DNA of 64,000 nucleotides from Mobula birostris (lineage: Eukaryota): positions 117,426,997 through 117,490,996 of the forward strand of contig NC_092372.1 of the NCBI RefSeq assembly GCF_030028105.1. Direction: 5' to 3'. The notes beneath the pieces were generated by a model. The model ran no database searches, had not been told where the DNA came from, and worked only from the letters and a program-made list of their open reading frames with translations. This document shows positions 34,450 to 47,339 of this stretch, piece by piece. Position 1 is the stretch's first letter; each line of letters starts with the position of its first letter. The position numbers and the translations under genes were made by a program.

Positions 34450-35242
34450 TGATGTCAGGCAAATAACTTCTTCCTTAATGTCAGTGAGACAAAGGAGATG
34501 GTTATCGACTTCAGGAGAACTCTCACCACTCACACTTCCCCCTCAGCAGTGGAATCTGCAAGCGGTTTCAAACTTCTGGAAGTGCAAATCACCTGCAACC
34601 TTTCATGGTGTCAGAACACATCCTATACAATCCGGACAGCTCACCAACACCTCTACTTTCTGAAGAGAGCCGGACTCTGCACATCTATACTCACGATCTT
34701 CCACAGGTGCACAATAGAAAGCATCCTAACAAGCTGCATCACTGGTACAGGAACGGTACTGCGGCAGACAGGAGGGCTCTACAGTGGGCAGTCAAAACTT
34801 CCCAACACATCGCCTGCACTAGCCTACCTGCCACCAAGCACATATATACATAAAGGTGCTGGAAAAGGGCCAGTAACATCATGAAGGATCCCACCCACAC
34901 CACACTCATGGACTGTTTGCCCCACTCCCATCAGAGACGAGGGTGTGTAGCATCCACACCAGGACCAACAGGCTCAAAAGCAGGGACTTTCCCCGAGCAG
35001 TAAGGCTGATCAACACCCCCTCCCACTAACTCCACCACTACTTTATTATTTCCCATCAGTCAGTCACTTGACGTACAGTCTAGTGTCACCTTACGGACAT
35101 AAAATCAGTCTATGTATATAGGTATTACTATTTTGTTCTTTATCATTTGGGTTTGATTTTGTGCTGCGTTGGGTCTGGAGTAACAATCATTTTGTTCTTC
35201 CCACACCTGTGTACGGGAAATGAACTTAAACAATCTTGAATC
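34450..35242 (+). mobile_element. Rex/Babar LINE 3' fragment
   Basis: TKEMVIDFRR, HQHLYFLK, IESILTSCIT motifs; AATCTTGAATC tail. Confidence 0.8.
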
Positions 35243-35307
35243 ATGGTGCTCTTTAGGTATGTATCCAAATCACTTTGAAAGGTGTAGCAATATGTCTCAC
35301 CACAATA

Positions 35308-35750
35308 GAACATAGAATAGTACAGCACAGTACAGTACAGGCCCTTTGGCCCACAATGTTGTGCTGACCCTTAAACCCTGCCTCCCATATAACCCCCCAC
35401 CTTAAATTCCTCCATATACCTGTCTAGTAGTCTCTAAAATTTCATAGTGTATCTGCCTCCACCACTGACTCAGGCAGTGCATTCCACGCACCAACCACTC
35501 TCTGAGTAAAAAACCTTCCTTTAATATCCCCCTTGAAATTCCTGCTCCTTACCTTAAAGCCATGTCCTCTTGTATTGAGCAGTGGTGCCCTGGGGAAGAG
35601 GTGCAGGCTGTCCACTCTATCTATTCCTTTTAATATCTTGTATACCTCTATCATGTCTCCTCTCATCCTTCTCTCCAAACACTAAAGCCCTAGCTCCCTT
35701 AATCTCTGATCATAATGCATACTCTCTAAAGCAGGCAGTATCCTGGTATC
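35308..35750 (-). mobile_element. CR1 3' fragment
   Basis: ERRMRGDMIEVYKILKGIDRV...TRGHGFKV...FFTQRVVGAWNALP. Confidence 0.88.
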
Positions 35751-36125
35751 AATGCCATCCAAATGTAGAACGATAAAGGAAGGAGGCTTATGGGTATGGC
35801 AAGTTGCCGGAAGACGAGGAGGAGATCAGCAGGTCAGGCTTCATCTATGGAGGGAAATGTATCCTTGATGTTTTAAGTCAAAACCCTTAATCTGTGCAGA
35901 TATTCATCAGTGGGTGTATTTAAGGCAGAGCTTGAAATGTTCTTGATTGGACACAGCATCAAAGGTTACAGGGAGGAGTCCAGGGAAATGGGGTTGAGGT
36001 GGGGAAAAAGGATCAGCCATGATTGAATGGTGCAACAGACTCGATGGTCCAGATGGCCGAATTCTGCGCCTATCTCATATAGTCTTATGGTCGATTTGCA
36101 TGGAGGTGCAGATGGGTGCAAATAA

Positions 36126-37117
36126 CACGAGACAACAATGATTTTGCTTCCTGAATACTTTTGGGTGTATCGTTTGGATCTTGGACTGTTGATCATGAAG
36201 TCACTATGAAATTTCCCTATCACACACCAAATTGTTGTAATAAAATTGCCTATAATTGTTATTTCAATTCATAATTCAAGTCAATTGAAAAATTGCCCAC
36301 ATATAAGCTGAAAAGTTTTCTATGTTGTCTAGGAATGCTTGGGCAGGGTGGATACTGCATGGCAGGGCAGGTTTTGAGAAAGGCTATAAATTTCCATGAA
36401 GGATTTCAATATTTCAAACAGTTGTTTCCCAGAATAACGACACCAAGATTAAGGCATTTTTGTTGGTCCACAAATAGAGAAAATCACATGGAAGGCATTC
36501 AAGATGTTGTTAAAAATGTTCTTGGCAACTACCGAGCACCAAACTATGTGCAGCAACATGTCGCTAAAGATTCGTTTTCTGCATTCCCGTTTAGACGAAT
36601 TCCCTGCAATTCTTGGAGCTGTCAGCGACGAGTACGGTGAAAAGTTTCACCGGGACATTCAATCACGTAGAAACAGTATCAGGGCAGTTGGAATCCATCG
36701 ATGCTGGCTAATTATTGTTAGATATGTAAGCGAAAAGACTCGGACACTGAGTACAAACGAAAATGATCAACAAAACATTTTTAGCTTAGTTGAACTGCTG
36801 TATTGCAAAGCGTCAGCACCGTCGTGCAATTAAACGTATTATATTCAATGAAAGTTAATTTCTTGTTTCTCCTAATTCCTATGTCATGTGATGCAAGTAG
36901 TCTAAAATTATATGTGTGTTCAGCTTCAAGCTGCCTATCATAAACGAAAAAAAATCTGAGGGGGCACCACTTTAAAAAAAATGATGTCGGGGCTGCAGGA
37001 CAGAAATGGGTCCATGATTGAAAAGCAGATTGCACTCGGAGCTAGGGACGAAACGTGGAAAAACTGAACAATTTTAAACTGGGAAATGCTCAACCTCTCC
37101 AAATATATCACGTGATA
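36126..37117 (+). mobile_element. Deleted DNA transposon, probably Chapaev3 / CMC superfamily
   Basis: Transposase remnants GIFVGPQI, NVLGNYRAPNY, SLKIRFLHSRLDEFPAILGAVSDEYGEKFHRDI; starts TAA|CAC; subterminal TTTCCCTATCAC is mirrored by GTGATA at the right end. Family assignment is from motif memory. Confidence 0.6.
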
Positions 37118-37204
37118 ACCCCTCAACATTGCCCCCCCCCCTCCCCCGCCCACCCCACCAGCGGAAAGGGACTGCGTCTGCAGTTGGGCCGGCGCTCCCA
37201 CCGT

Positions 37205-37223
37205 GCATTGTGGGAGTTGTAGT
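37205..37223 (-). promoter_or_regulatory. ZNF143/THAP11 (ACTACAnnTCCCA, SBS) motif in the KLHL12 promoter
   Basis: GCATTGTGGGAGTTGTAGT = reverse complement ACTACAACTCCCACAATGC; GC box CCCCGCCC at about 37144-37151; CpG-rich surroundings. Confidence 0.85.
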
Positions 37224-37225
37224 TC

Positions 37226-37255
37226 ATATGGTTGAGTTGAAACCCGGGTTAGACG
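37226..37255 (+). other. KLHL12: Probable KLHL12 exon 1 (start uncertain)
   Basis: Consensus donor ACG|GTAAGT at 37255/37256, just downstream of the promoter motifs. Confidence 0.55.
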
Positions 37256-38274
37256 GTAAGTAGGGATGGCTGATGGCGGTTGTACGGAGGGAGGGAAGGG
37301 GAGTTGGGGGTGAGCTGTCAGCCGACTCTCCGATCCGTCAGAGGAAAACTGGAAGTTGTTAATGTCCGAGCGTGGAGTCTATTTGAGTGAATTCCACAAA
37401 CACACTAGGCCCTGGACCCCAGGGTAAGAACATTAGAATGGGCGCAGGTGGGCCGCTGTTACTGACAACCGAGGGGGGCGGGGGCAGGTGGGACAGGAGG
37501 CCGAAGGGGAGAATACCCGGCAAGGGGAGTAATGGGAGGAGATTGGCAGGGGACCGAGGGGGTGGCACCCGGGAAAGGAAGGAAGGGAGGGAGAAGAGAA
37601 GGGGAGAAAGGCTGAGATGGGGAAGGACAGGGAAATATCAAGGAAGGATGAAATAGGGATGAACCCTGGGAGAGAAGGAGCAGGTGGGCGAGGGGGAGGG
37701 AAAAAAACAGTCGGTGGAGACGGAGGCTGAAGATGAAAGCCCAGGGAGGTGAAGCTGATAAAGTGGCTGGATGTGGGATTAAACTAGGAGAAAGGGATAT
37801 AGGGAATAATCAGGGAGTGGGAATATTTTCAGAAAGAAATCGAGGAAGGGAAGTAATCAGGGGATATGAATACAGTATTCTCAAAAAAAAAAGAAATTGC
37901 AGAATGGTTCATGGAAGGGTCTGACCAAAGAGGAAGTTAGGTTGGAATAATGTGGGAAGAAGGAATACCTTGAAAAATGGAAACGAGGTAATTTTATGGT
38001 GTATTAAATTCATGGGTGTAGATAGGCAATTTCCCAGTAAGGAGAAGAGACAAAAGAGGAGTGTAATATAGAGGAGGTGGGAAAATCCTCAGGAGGAGGA
38101 AGTGTGGAGGTTGACATAACCAGAAAATCCACTGGTGAGAAAGAAAAGGGGGAGGGAACACATGAGGGGTAGAATAAACTGAATGGATTGACAAGGAGAC
38201 TGGGACTGAATGTGGAAAGCAGAGTAATAAATTGGAGAAGGGTAGGGATGAAATTGGGCTAGGATCTGGAAATA

Positions 38275-40015
38275 AATCAGAAACCGATTTAATATCACCA
38301 GCATATATTGTGAAATTTGTTAACTTTACAGCAGTAGTACAATGAATTACATGATAAATAAAGTGAAAAAAACTGTGTTGTGTTTAGTATACATGCCTGT
38401 TAATTAGTTAAAATAAGTGGTGCAAAATAACAGAAATAAGAAAGTAGTGAGGTAGTGTTAATGGGGTCAATGTCTATTCAGAAAACAGATGGCAGAGGGG
38501 AAGAAGCTGTTCCTGAATCACTGAGTGTGTGCCTTCAGGCACCTGTACCTCCTTCCTGATGGTAGCGATGTGAAGAGGGCATGTCCTGGGTGATGGGAAT
38601 CCTTAATGATGGACACCACCTTCCTAAGGAACAGCTCCTTGAAGATGTCTTGGTTACTACAGAAGCTGGTACCCATGGTAGAGTTTCTGCAACTTATTTT
38701 CATTTTGTGCAGTAGCCTCTCCTCCCCCCACCCCCACATACCAGATGGTGATGCAGCCAGTTAGAAAGCTCTCCCCTGTACTTGTAGAAGTCTTTGAGTG
38801 TTTTAGTTGACAAACCAAATCTCCTAAAACTCCTAATGAAATATAGCTGCTGTCTTGTCTTCTTTGTAGCTGCGTCAATATGATGCATCCAGGTTAGGTT
38901 CTCAGAGCGATTAACACCCAGGAACTTGAAATTGCTCACTCTCTCCACTTCTGATCCCTCTATGAGGATTGGCTTGTGTTCTCTCATCTTGCCCTTCCTG
39001 AAGTCCACAATCAGCTCTTTGGTCTTGCTGACATTGAGTGCAAGGTTGTTACTGTGACACCACTCCACTAGCTGGTATATCTCACTCCTGTACACCCTCT
39101 CATCTCCATCTGAGATTCTACTGACAATGGTTGTAGCATCAGCAAATTTATAGATGTTGTTTGAGCTGTGCCTAGCCATACAGTTACAGGTGTAGAGACT
39201 ACAGCAGTGGGCTAAGCACACATCCCTGTGGAGCGCCCATATTAATTGTCAACGGGGTTGAGAAGTCATTTCCAATCTGCACAGATTGTGGTATTCCAAT
39301 TAGGAAGCTGAGGATCCAGTTGCAGAGGGAGATACAGAGGCCCAGGTTCTGTAGCTTTTCAATCAGTACTGTAGGAGTGATGATGTTAAATACTGAGCTA
39401 TAGTCAATGAACAGCATCCTGATATGGGTATTTGCATCTTCCAAGTGATCTATGGCTGTGTGGAGAGCCATTTAGATCACGTCTGCTACAGACCTATAGT
39501 GACAATGTGCAAATTGTGGGTCCAGGTCCTTCCTGAAACAGATAGTCATTCTAGCCAAGACCAACCTTCCAAAGCATTTTCATCACTGTAGGTGTGAGCA
39601 GTACTGGACAACAGTCATTGAGGCAGCTCACACTGCTCTTCTTGGGCACTGGTATAATTGTTCTTTTGAAGCTGTTGTGAACTTCTGACTGTAGCAGTAA
39701 AAGATTGAAAATGTCTTTGAATACCCCCACCAGCTGGTTGGCGCAAGTTTTCAGGGCCTTACTCCATCAGGCCCTGCTGCCTTGCGAGGGTTCACCTTCT
39801 TGAAAGACAGCCTGACGTCAGCCTCCGAGACAGAGATTTCAGAGTCATAGGGTGCTGCAGGGATCCTCATAGCTGTTGTTTTATTCTCCCTTTCAAAGCG
39901 AGCACAAAAGGGGTTGAGTTTGTCTGAAAATGAAGCATGGGTGCCATTCACGATTTTGGGTTTTGCTCTGTGGGAATTAATGGTCTGCAAACCCTGCCAG
40001 AGTTGATGTGTATGG
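38275..40015 (-). mobile_element. Rex/Babar LINE, 5'-truncated
   Basis: [51 protein letters not shown]; same family as 8220-9225. Confidence 0.9.
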
Positions 40016-40943
40016 TAAGGTATAAAAGATGGAGCACAGCCTCCTCAGTGCATTATCCAAATCCATAAAAGAAATATCTGCAACTATTCTGCAGATCCCA
40101 TTTATATTGCATGTTTGCACAGTTGAGCTATTTAATTTCTGATTCTTGCTCTGGTGTGTGCAGCTTAATGCTGTAATGTCAAGTTAAAATGGTTAACAAG
40201 AGAGGGTGTTATTATTGCCTAGCACCTAGTAAATACTGATGCAGTAGAAGTTTTTTTTTGGTAGATTAATTAGTTTTAATATATTGATGTTTCTATTAAT
40301 ATTCTAGGTGGTATGACTGGATATGGCCGAAGACGACTGAAATAACTGATTCCATGAAGTTGGTTTTACTCATTTCTGGAAGAGCAGAAAAGACGTGGTT
40401 GGACGGAGGTAGCAGCTGCTAGACTAGAACTCTGCCATGGCGTTTCAGATGCTCTAGTAAATCTAGTTCCCTAAGTGAAAGTAAGAATGATCTCTCTGTG
40501 AAAAGACAATGATTCTTACTCCTTTTCACATTCCTGATACTTTTGCAAACCACAACAACAAATTGGATTCTTCCAGTCTTGCAGTGACTAGGTTGCAGCT
40601 AATTTGAACTGTTCAATGTAACAAATTTTCTCTCTTAGTTCTTATACTAATACCCAATGTTGCAACTCTACAGGATGGTTTGAGTTTCATTGTTTGTATA
40701 AAATATAGAAATTTAGACGCAGGAAGCCATTTGACTGATGATGTCCACATTGGTCAAAGAAAAACAAATCCAACCTCCTGAAAAATTTTGCTAGCTCTTG
40801 AACTTCAGGTATTCATCCAGGTATTTCTTAAATGTGATTAACATTTCTGCCTCTTCCATATATTCAGGCAATGAATTCAAAACTCCCTGCGTTATCTGGT
40901 GCAGATGTTTCCAAACCTTCCCACAACTCTACCAATTTAAATC

Positions 40944-42111
40944 AAAATCCTTGAATTATTGATCCGTCTCGTAAGGGAATTGTGTGAATTCTTCCATTTC
41001 TAACTCCATAAAATTTTACATCCTTAACTATGTGTCTCTGTTAAAGTGAAGTAGCCCCAGATTATCTATTATTTTCTCATAGCGTAAAATTCCCATGTCA
41101 GCATCCTCCGAGTTTTCCAGTCTATCCATTACCACTGCTGGTGTACCTGAAAATTGTATCCAATCCTTTAGGTTAGGAGTACTCTTTTCCTTTTTAAATC
41201 ATGATGTTGTGACAATTGTGTTCCAGTTCTTTAGCTTGATACAGAGAATTCAAAGATGCCAAGCAACAGAGGAAAATTATAAAATTAAATTGGATTCAGA
41301 CCTAATGAGATAATTGGACTGAGGCATGCTTTGGTTGATGTACTGTACAGAATTAAAGCATGTGTCGGCTCTTGGAATGGACTTCAGTGTTCCACTGTGT
41401 GTTGGACCTTCCCCCACAAATGGTTGATTGGCCCCTACTGCAGATGTTCCCATCTTGGGGTCCACAGACCCCTCGGTTAATCGTGAGGCTCCGGACATAA
41501 AAATGATTGGGCGCCCCTGTGCCTGGTGAAACCTATCACCATTGTGGAGATTATAAATTAAAGGAGTTTGGGATTAAATCATTGGGATGGGGTAGGGAGG
41601 CATGAGAGTATATGCAATTTTATTAAAGAGAAATGGTGTTTGGCAGATTTCATATTGTTTCATATTTCTTACAATAGAAGAAGCTCCAGTCTTCAAAATC
41701 CTATCAAACTCTTAGTCCCCATTCCCTCACTTAGTTCCCATTCTCTTGCATATGCCCATTAAGTCGACCCAAATCTATCACCGTCGACAATAGGGATGAT
41801 CTACAGTAGTCTATTCACCTAGCCAGCTCACCTTGTGGCAGTGACAACCTGAGTTACTATAACTGAGGTAGGAGCACTACCCACTGCACCCTGGTGCCTG
41901 ACATTTTTTTAGACTTCTTTGAGCATCTATCTATTAATAGTAATTGGAATATTTTAAACTGGGAATTTTAAGCTATGAGAAAATAATAGATAGACTGGGG
42001 CTGCTTTATTTTAACAGAGACATGTAGTTAAGGATGTAAAATTTTATGGAGTTAGAAATGGAAGAATTCACACAATTTCCTTACGAGACGGATCAATAAT
42101 TCAAGGATTTT
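40944..42111 (+). repeat. Long inverted repeat: arms 40944-41095 and 41960-42111 (152 bp each, 864-bp spacer), CR1-derived
   Basis: Manual alignment: 143/152 Watson-Crick pairs, 7 G-U, 2 mismatches, no gaps. Confidence 0.95.
41441..41519. mobile_element. hAT-type MITE, second copy
   Basis: CAGATGTTCCCA...GACCCCTCGG..AAT...TGGGCGCCCCTG; same size and core as 21289-21368. Confidence 0.5.
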
Positions 42112-43244
42112 TAGTTAAATTAAATTGGTAAAAGCCCACTAAAAGGAATTCAATAAAGTGCCATGTAAAGGGGTATGTTGCATGTTAGTGGTCACGCTAT
42201 TTGGGGCAATATACCTGTAGAGAAGTAGCTCTCTAACAACACAAAACATTAAGGATAACTGGACCATTTTCAGGTTGGTGCGCTGTTACCAGTAGAGCAC
42301 AGGGATCTGTCCTGAGATTCAACTATTTGCAGTTTAGATGAATGCTTTGAGTGGAGATGGGGTATATGTGCTCATGACTGATGGGAATGAATGTGGAGGG
42401 GTTGTAAAGTGTTGGGCAGAAACTTTCAGAACACAGTATAACTGTGAGAATGTGGCCTTAACTACTTGGGTAGGAGGATTAGAAAAACATACTCTATTGC
42501 GATTATCGACCCGAGAAAGCTCTGGCCTGGATGAGTAGTGTAGTGTAACGGAGGGTGATATGTCAGCTTCCATCACACTGTTGTGAAATTCTGGGGTCTG
42601 ACCAATATACCAACACAAGGATCAGGTGCAGCCAGTCACTTGCAATGCCTTGCACTCACTGGTGTACCTTCATGTGACCTCATGCCTGAAGACAACATGT
42701 CAACACCAATCCACAACACTGGTCCTCATAAGCAGCTTTTCCACACAGAGATGTGGAGTGATTCATCACTGGGTTTGTGGCAGGGACTCAGAAAGGGAGC
42801 ACCTGCTGTGTTTGTGTTTGTTTCACAATGACTGCTTCAGGACTGATTCCACTACCAGTGTATGGAATGCTGTGGGGCAAAGAAATCCGGGTGTACTTGT
42901 ACATGAAGCACAAAGTTAGCAAACAGGTACAACAAGGTTTATTACAACTGTGCAAGGCATTGTGGGACCACACTTGGAATAATGTGTAGGACTCCTTATT
43001 TAGATGGTTACATACTTGCATTGCAGGCTGATAAGAGAAAATCCACATGGTTAGTTCCTAGAAAGAATAAGATCACAGGCAGTAATTTTACCACGATGTG
43101 AAATTGGCCATCCCTGCTTCTGTAAAGAAGGGTTGAGCAGGTGGGGTTTTTATTCATTGCAGTTTAATATAATGTAAAGGTATCATAATATATTTAAAGT
43201 TTGCAGGGCACTTGACAGAGGAGTTGGTGTAGGGATAGTTCTTC

Positions 43245-45460
43245 AAAGTAAATTTATTATCAAAGTACATATACTGTGTTATCATATACAACCTTAAAAT
43301 TCATTTTCTTATGGAAATACTGAATAAACCTATAGAATAATAACCATAACAAAATCAATGAAAGACCGCATCAACATGGTTGTTCAAGCAGTGTGAAAAA
43401 GACAACAAACTGCAAACACAGAAAGAAAGGAATAATAATCAGAATCAGATTTAATATCACTGGCATATGTTTTGAAATATGTTGTATGCAATTGAAAAAC
43501 GTGAATTACAGTGAATATATATATATTAAATAGTTAAATTAAGTAAGTAATACAAAAATAGAAATAAGAAAAGTAATGAGATAGAGTTCATAGGTTCAAT
43601 GTCCATTTTGGAATCGGATGGCAGAGGGGAAGAAGCTGTTCCTGAATCATTAAGTGTGTGCCTTCGGGCTTCTGTACCTCCTTCTTGATGGTTGCCGTGA
43701 GAACAAGGCATGCCCTGGGTGATTAAATAAGCAATAAATATCAAGGACCTGAGACAGAGAGTCCTTGAACGTGTTGTGGAAACATTCCAATGATGGGGCA
43801 AGTGAAGTTGAGTGAAGCTACCCCTTTGGTTCAAGGGCCTGATGCTTGAGGGGTAGTAATTGTTCCTGAACCTGGGGCTCCTGTGCCTTCTTCCTGCTGG
43901 CAGCAGTGAGAAGGCAGCCGCTGCCTGATGATGCATGTTGCTTTCCTGCGACAGTATCTTATGTAGATGTGCTCAATGGTGGGGAGGATTTTACCCCTGA
44001 TGGCCATATCCACTACTTTTTGTAGGATTTTCCATTCAAGAGCTTTGGTGTTTCCATGGCAAGCTGTGAAGCAGCTAGTCAATATACTCTCCACTGCACT
44101 AATATAGAAATTTTTCAAGGTGTTAGATGTCATGCCAAATCTTCGCGAACACCTAAGGGGGTAGGGTTGCTGCCCTGCTTTCTTCATAATTTCACTTGCG
44201 TGCTGGGCCCAGGACCGGTCCTATGAAGGATTTAAAGTCTCCACCTCTGATCCCCTGAGGACTGCCTCATGGTGCTCTGGTTCCCTTCTCCTGAAGTCAA
44301 TAATCAGCTCCTTGGTCTTGCTGACATTGAGTAAGAGGTTGTTGTTATGACACTACTCAGCCAGATCTTCAGTCTCCTTCCTATATGCTGATTCATCACC
44401 ATTTTTGATTCTGCCTGTGACAGTGGTGTCATCAGCAAACTTGAATTTGACATTGGAACTGTGCTTAGCTACACAGTCATAAGTGTAAAGTGAGTAGAGC
44501 AGGGGGCCAAGCACACAGCCTTGTGGTGCATCTGTGCTGATGGAGATTGTGGAGGAGATATTGTTGCCAATTCGAACAGGCTAGGGTCTGCAAGTGTGGA
44601 AATCGAAGATCCAATTCCACAAGAAGGTATTGAGATCAGGGTCTGGGAGCTTATTGATAAGTTTTTGAAGAGATAATGGTATTGAATGCTGAGCTGTAGT
44701 CAATAAAGAGCATCCAGTTTTATGCATCTGTGCTGTCCAGATGTTCCAGGCTTGAGTAAAGAGCCACTGAGGTGGACCTGTTGCTTTAGTAGGCAAATTA
44801 GAGCAGATCTAAGTCGCTTTGCAGGCAGTAGTTGATACGTTTCATCACCAACTTCTCAAACACTTCATCACTGTGGATGTAAGTGCTCCTGGACGATGGT
44901 CAGTGAAGCAGGTCACCACTTTCTTCTTGGGCACCAGTATAATTGAGGCCTGCTTGAAGCAGGTGGGTACCTTTAGATTGCAAAATGAGAGGTTAAAGTT
45001 CTCGGTGAACACTCCAGCCAGTTGATCAGCATAGGTCTTTAATACTTGGCCATGTACCCCATCTGGGCCGGATGCTTTTCATGGGTTTACATTCCTGAAG
45101 GCAATCATTGGTAGATGCGGGAGTTTGTGATGGTTCCTCCATATTTTGACAGTCAAAGTGAGCATAGAAGGCAGTGAGCTCATCTGGAAGTGAAGCTCTG
45201 CTGTCGCCTATGTCACTTGATTTAATTTTATAAGAGATTGATAACATTCAAGCCCTGCCACAACAGTCAAGCTACTTCATTGACTGAAGTTTAGTCTGGA
45301 ATTGCCACTTAGCCTGTGTGGTTACTTTCCGAGATCGTACGTGGACCTCTTGTAACTTTCTTGATCACCAGACTTGAATGCCTCTGATCTGGCTGTCAGC
45401 AGATTGCGGATCTCATGGTTCATCCAGGGCTTTTGACTGGGGAAGACTGGGAATGATTTC
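43245..45460 (-). mobile_element. Rex/Babar LINE with a second LINE tail nested at about 43435-43720
   Basis: ASLPDELTAFYAHF, WIFDFHTCRP, VESILTSCFTA motifs; two different 3' tails. Confidence 0.85.
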
Positions 45461-47339
45461 TTATTGGGAATCTAGAATTAGAGGATGCTGTTTTGGAGTT
45501 AGGTAGTTTACCACATAAGATGAGAATGTAACTTCTGAATCCTTGGAATTCTGAGCTACTGAACACTATGGAATCATTAAATGTATTCAAAGTGTAGACC
45601 AAGATCAAAGCTATCTTGACCCCTTTGAATAGCAAAACAGGCTTGAGGTCCATATGACTTATTCCTCTTATTTCTTATATTCAGATGGTTTGCACTGGGA
45701 AAACAAGATTGTTACATGAGGTATGGAAGCCAAAGGAAATCCAGGCTTCAGGACAAGGCTGATTGTGCTTCATTCATTGTTTGGTGGTTTTGCAAGATGC
45801 ATAACAGAGCAATCTGCAGTGGCAATATTTAAAATGTTTGGAACATGGTAACATCATGAAAAATACTGCGCTCTTGCCTATCTTAGTACAATAAGAAATT
45901 GTTTTTTTTCTGAATTATTTTAGGAAATGAATGTCCATCACAAAAAAATCTTCAATTTCATAAATACATGCCACCACACCCCTTTCTGCCTCTGATAATA
46001 GAATTAATAAACTGGAACAGGGAATCAGTTAGTGGCAGGTAGTCTTCCCGTATATTATGATTTTCCACCATCTACTTTAAGCATGAGAAAATTCTCACGG
46101 GGTTTAAAAAATTCTTCTCCTTCAGAATACTAATGAGTACAATGTTGCATGTTAATCTTGTTAGTCAGAAATAATTAGATTGAATTAAAATATTAACAAT
46201 AAATACTATTGATAGAAATGTTTTGGTATGCTTTTAAATCTTGGCTTGATCTTTTTTAAGGCCGAATGTTTTAGTAAGTAGTGGAACTGGATGGAGATCT
46301 ATGACTATAATAAATGTCTACTACCTAAAAATCAGATGTGCGTGAAATATGTACTGAATTGGTACATTGTGTGGGAGGCTGCAGATCAGTTTGTACAACA
46401 GGCTCTCTGTGGTTGACTTTAGTCAGCGATTTTTGAAGCAAATTTACATCTAATCCTGTTCAGGATGTATTACAGACTGCAGTTAATTTATATCCTTTTC
46501 ATTGACATTTGGAACAGTATTGAACTTGTCATTTTAATGACTGAGTTTCGAAGTACTTCCACTTCCATGATGGCACCTCAGCTCAGATACAGGCTTTTCT
46601 TTGTTTCAGTCTGTTGCTCGGACAGTGTCTACCTAAGCAAAGCAAAAGCATTGTTAATTATGACAAACTTGCTTGCAGAGCCATCAGTAGCTTTGTATCT
46701 CAAAAATAACTATAAATGGGGATCTTTGTGACATTTCAATGTGCTAAGGCATTTTGTAAAGTAATTATTTGAAGCCTTGTGAAACTTAAGTTGGTTCCAT
46801 CAACTTGTATAGGTATGGCTAAGGCGATTTGGCATCCTGATGGACCTGAAACTGAAAATAATGAAGAAAGAAAGAAAGCTTGCAAAATTTTTACAGTTTT
46901 GACCTTTGTAGTCAATAGAGTTTAGAAGAGTGCTCATTGGTTTTGGGGAAATTTATTTGACACATAAAGAGCACTGACAATATAACCAGCTCTTTTTATC
47001 CCTCATCAAATGCTTGTTAGCATGATAAATGGCATCTCCAGTAGTGAAAAATAGCATTCTAAACTTGGCAGGTTCAGGTTCACAATCTTCTAATTCTGAG
47101 ATGAGTGTGCTTCAGTTTAGTCAATTTCCTTAATTTCCATAGCTAGAAACATGGTGAGTGTGGCCTGATGGTTGATTTCGGATTATACAGGCAACAGGCA
47201 GAGACATAAAGATGTTCTTACTTTGTTATAGGAAAAAGCCGGAGTCAGAATTATTCAGATTGCTTCAATGCATTCAATGTTTTTATTGCCTAATACTTTC
47301 TTACACCATATGCAGTTAAAATGTCAATGTTGTTCTTAT

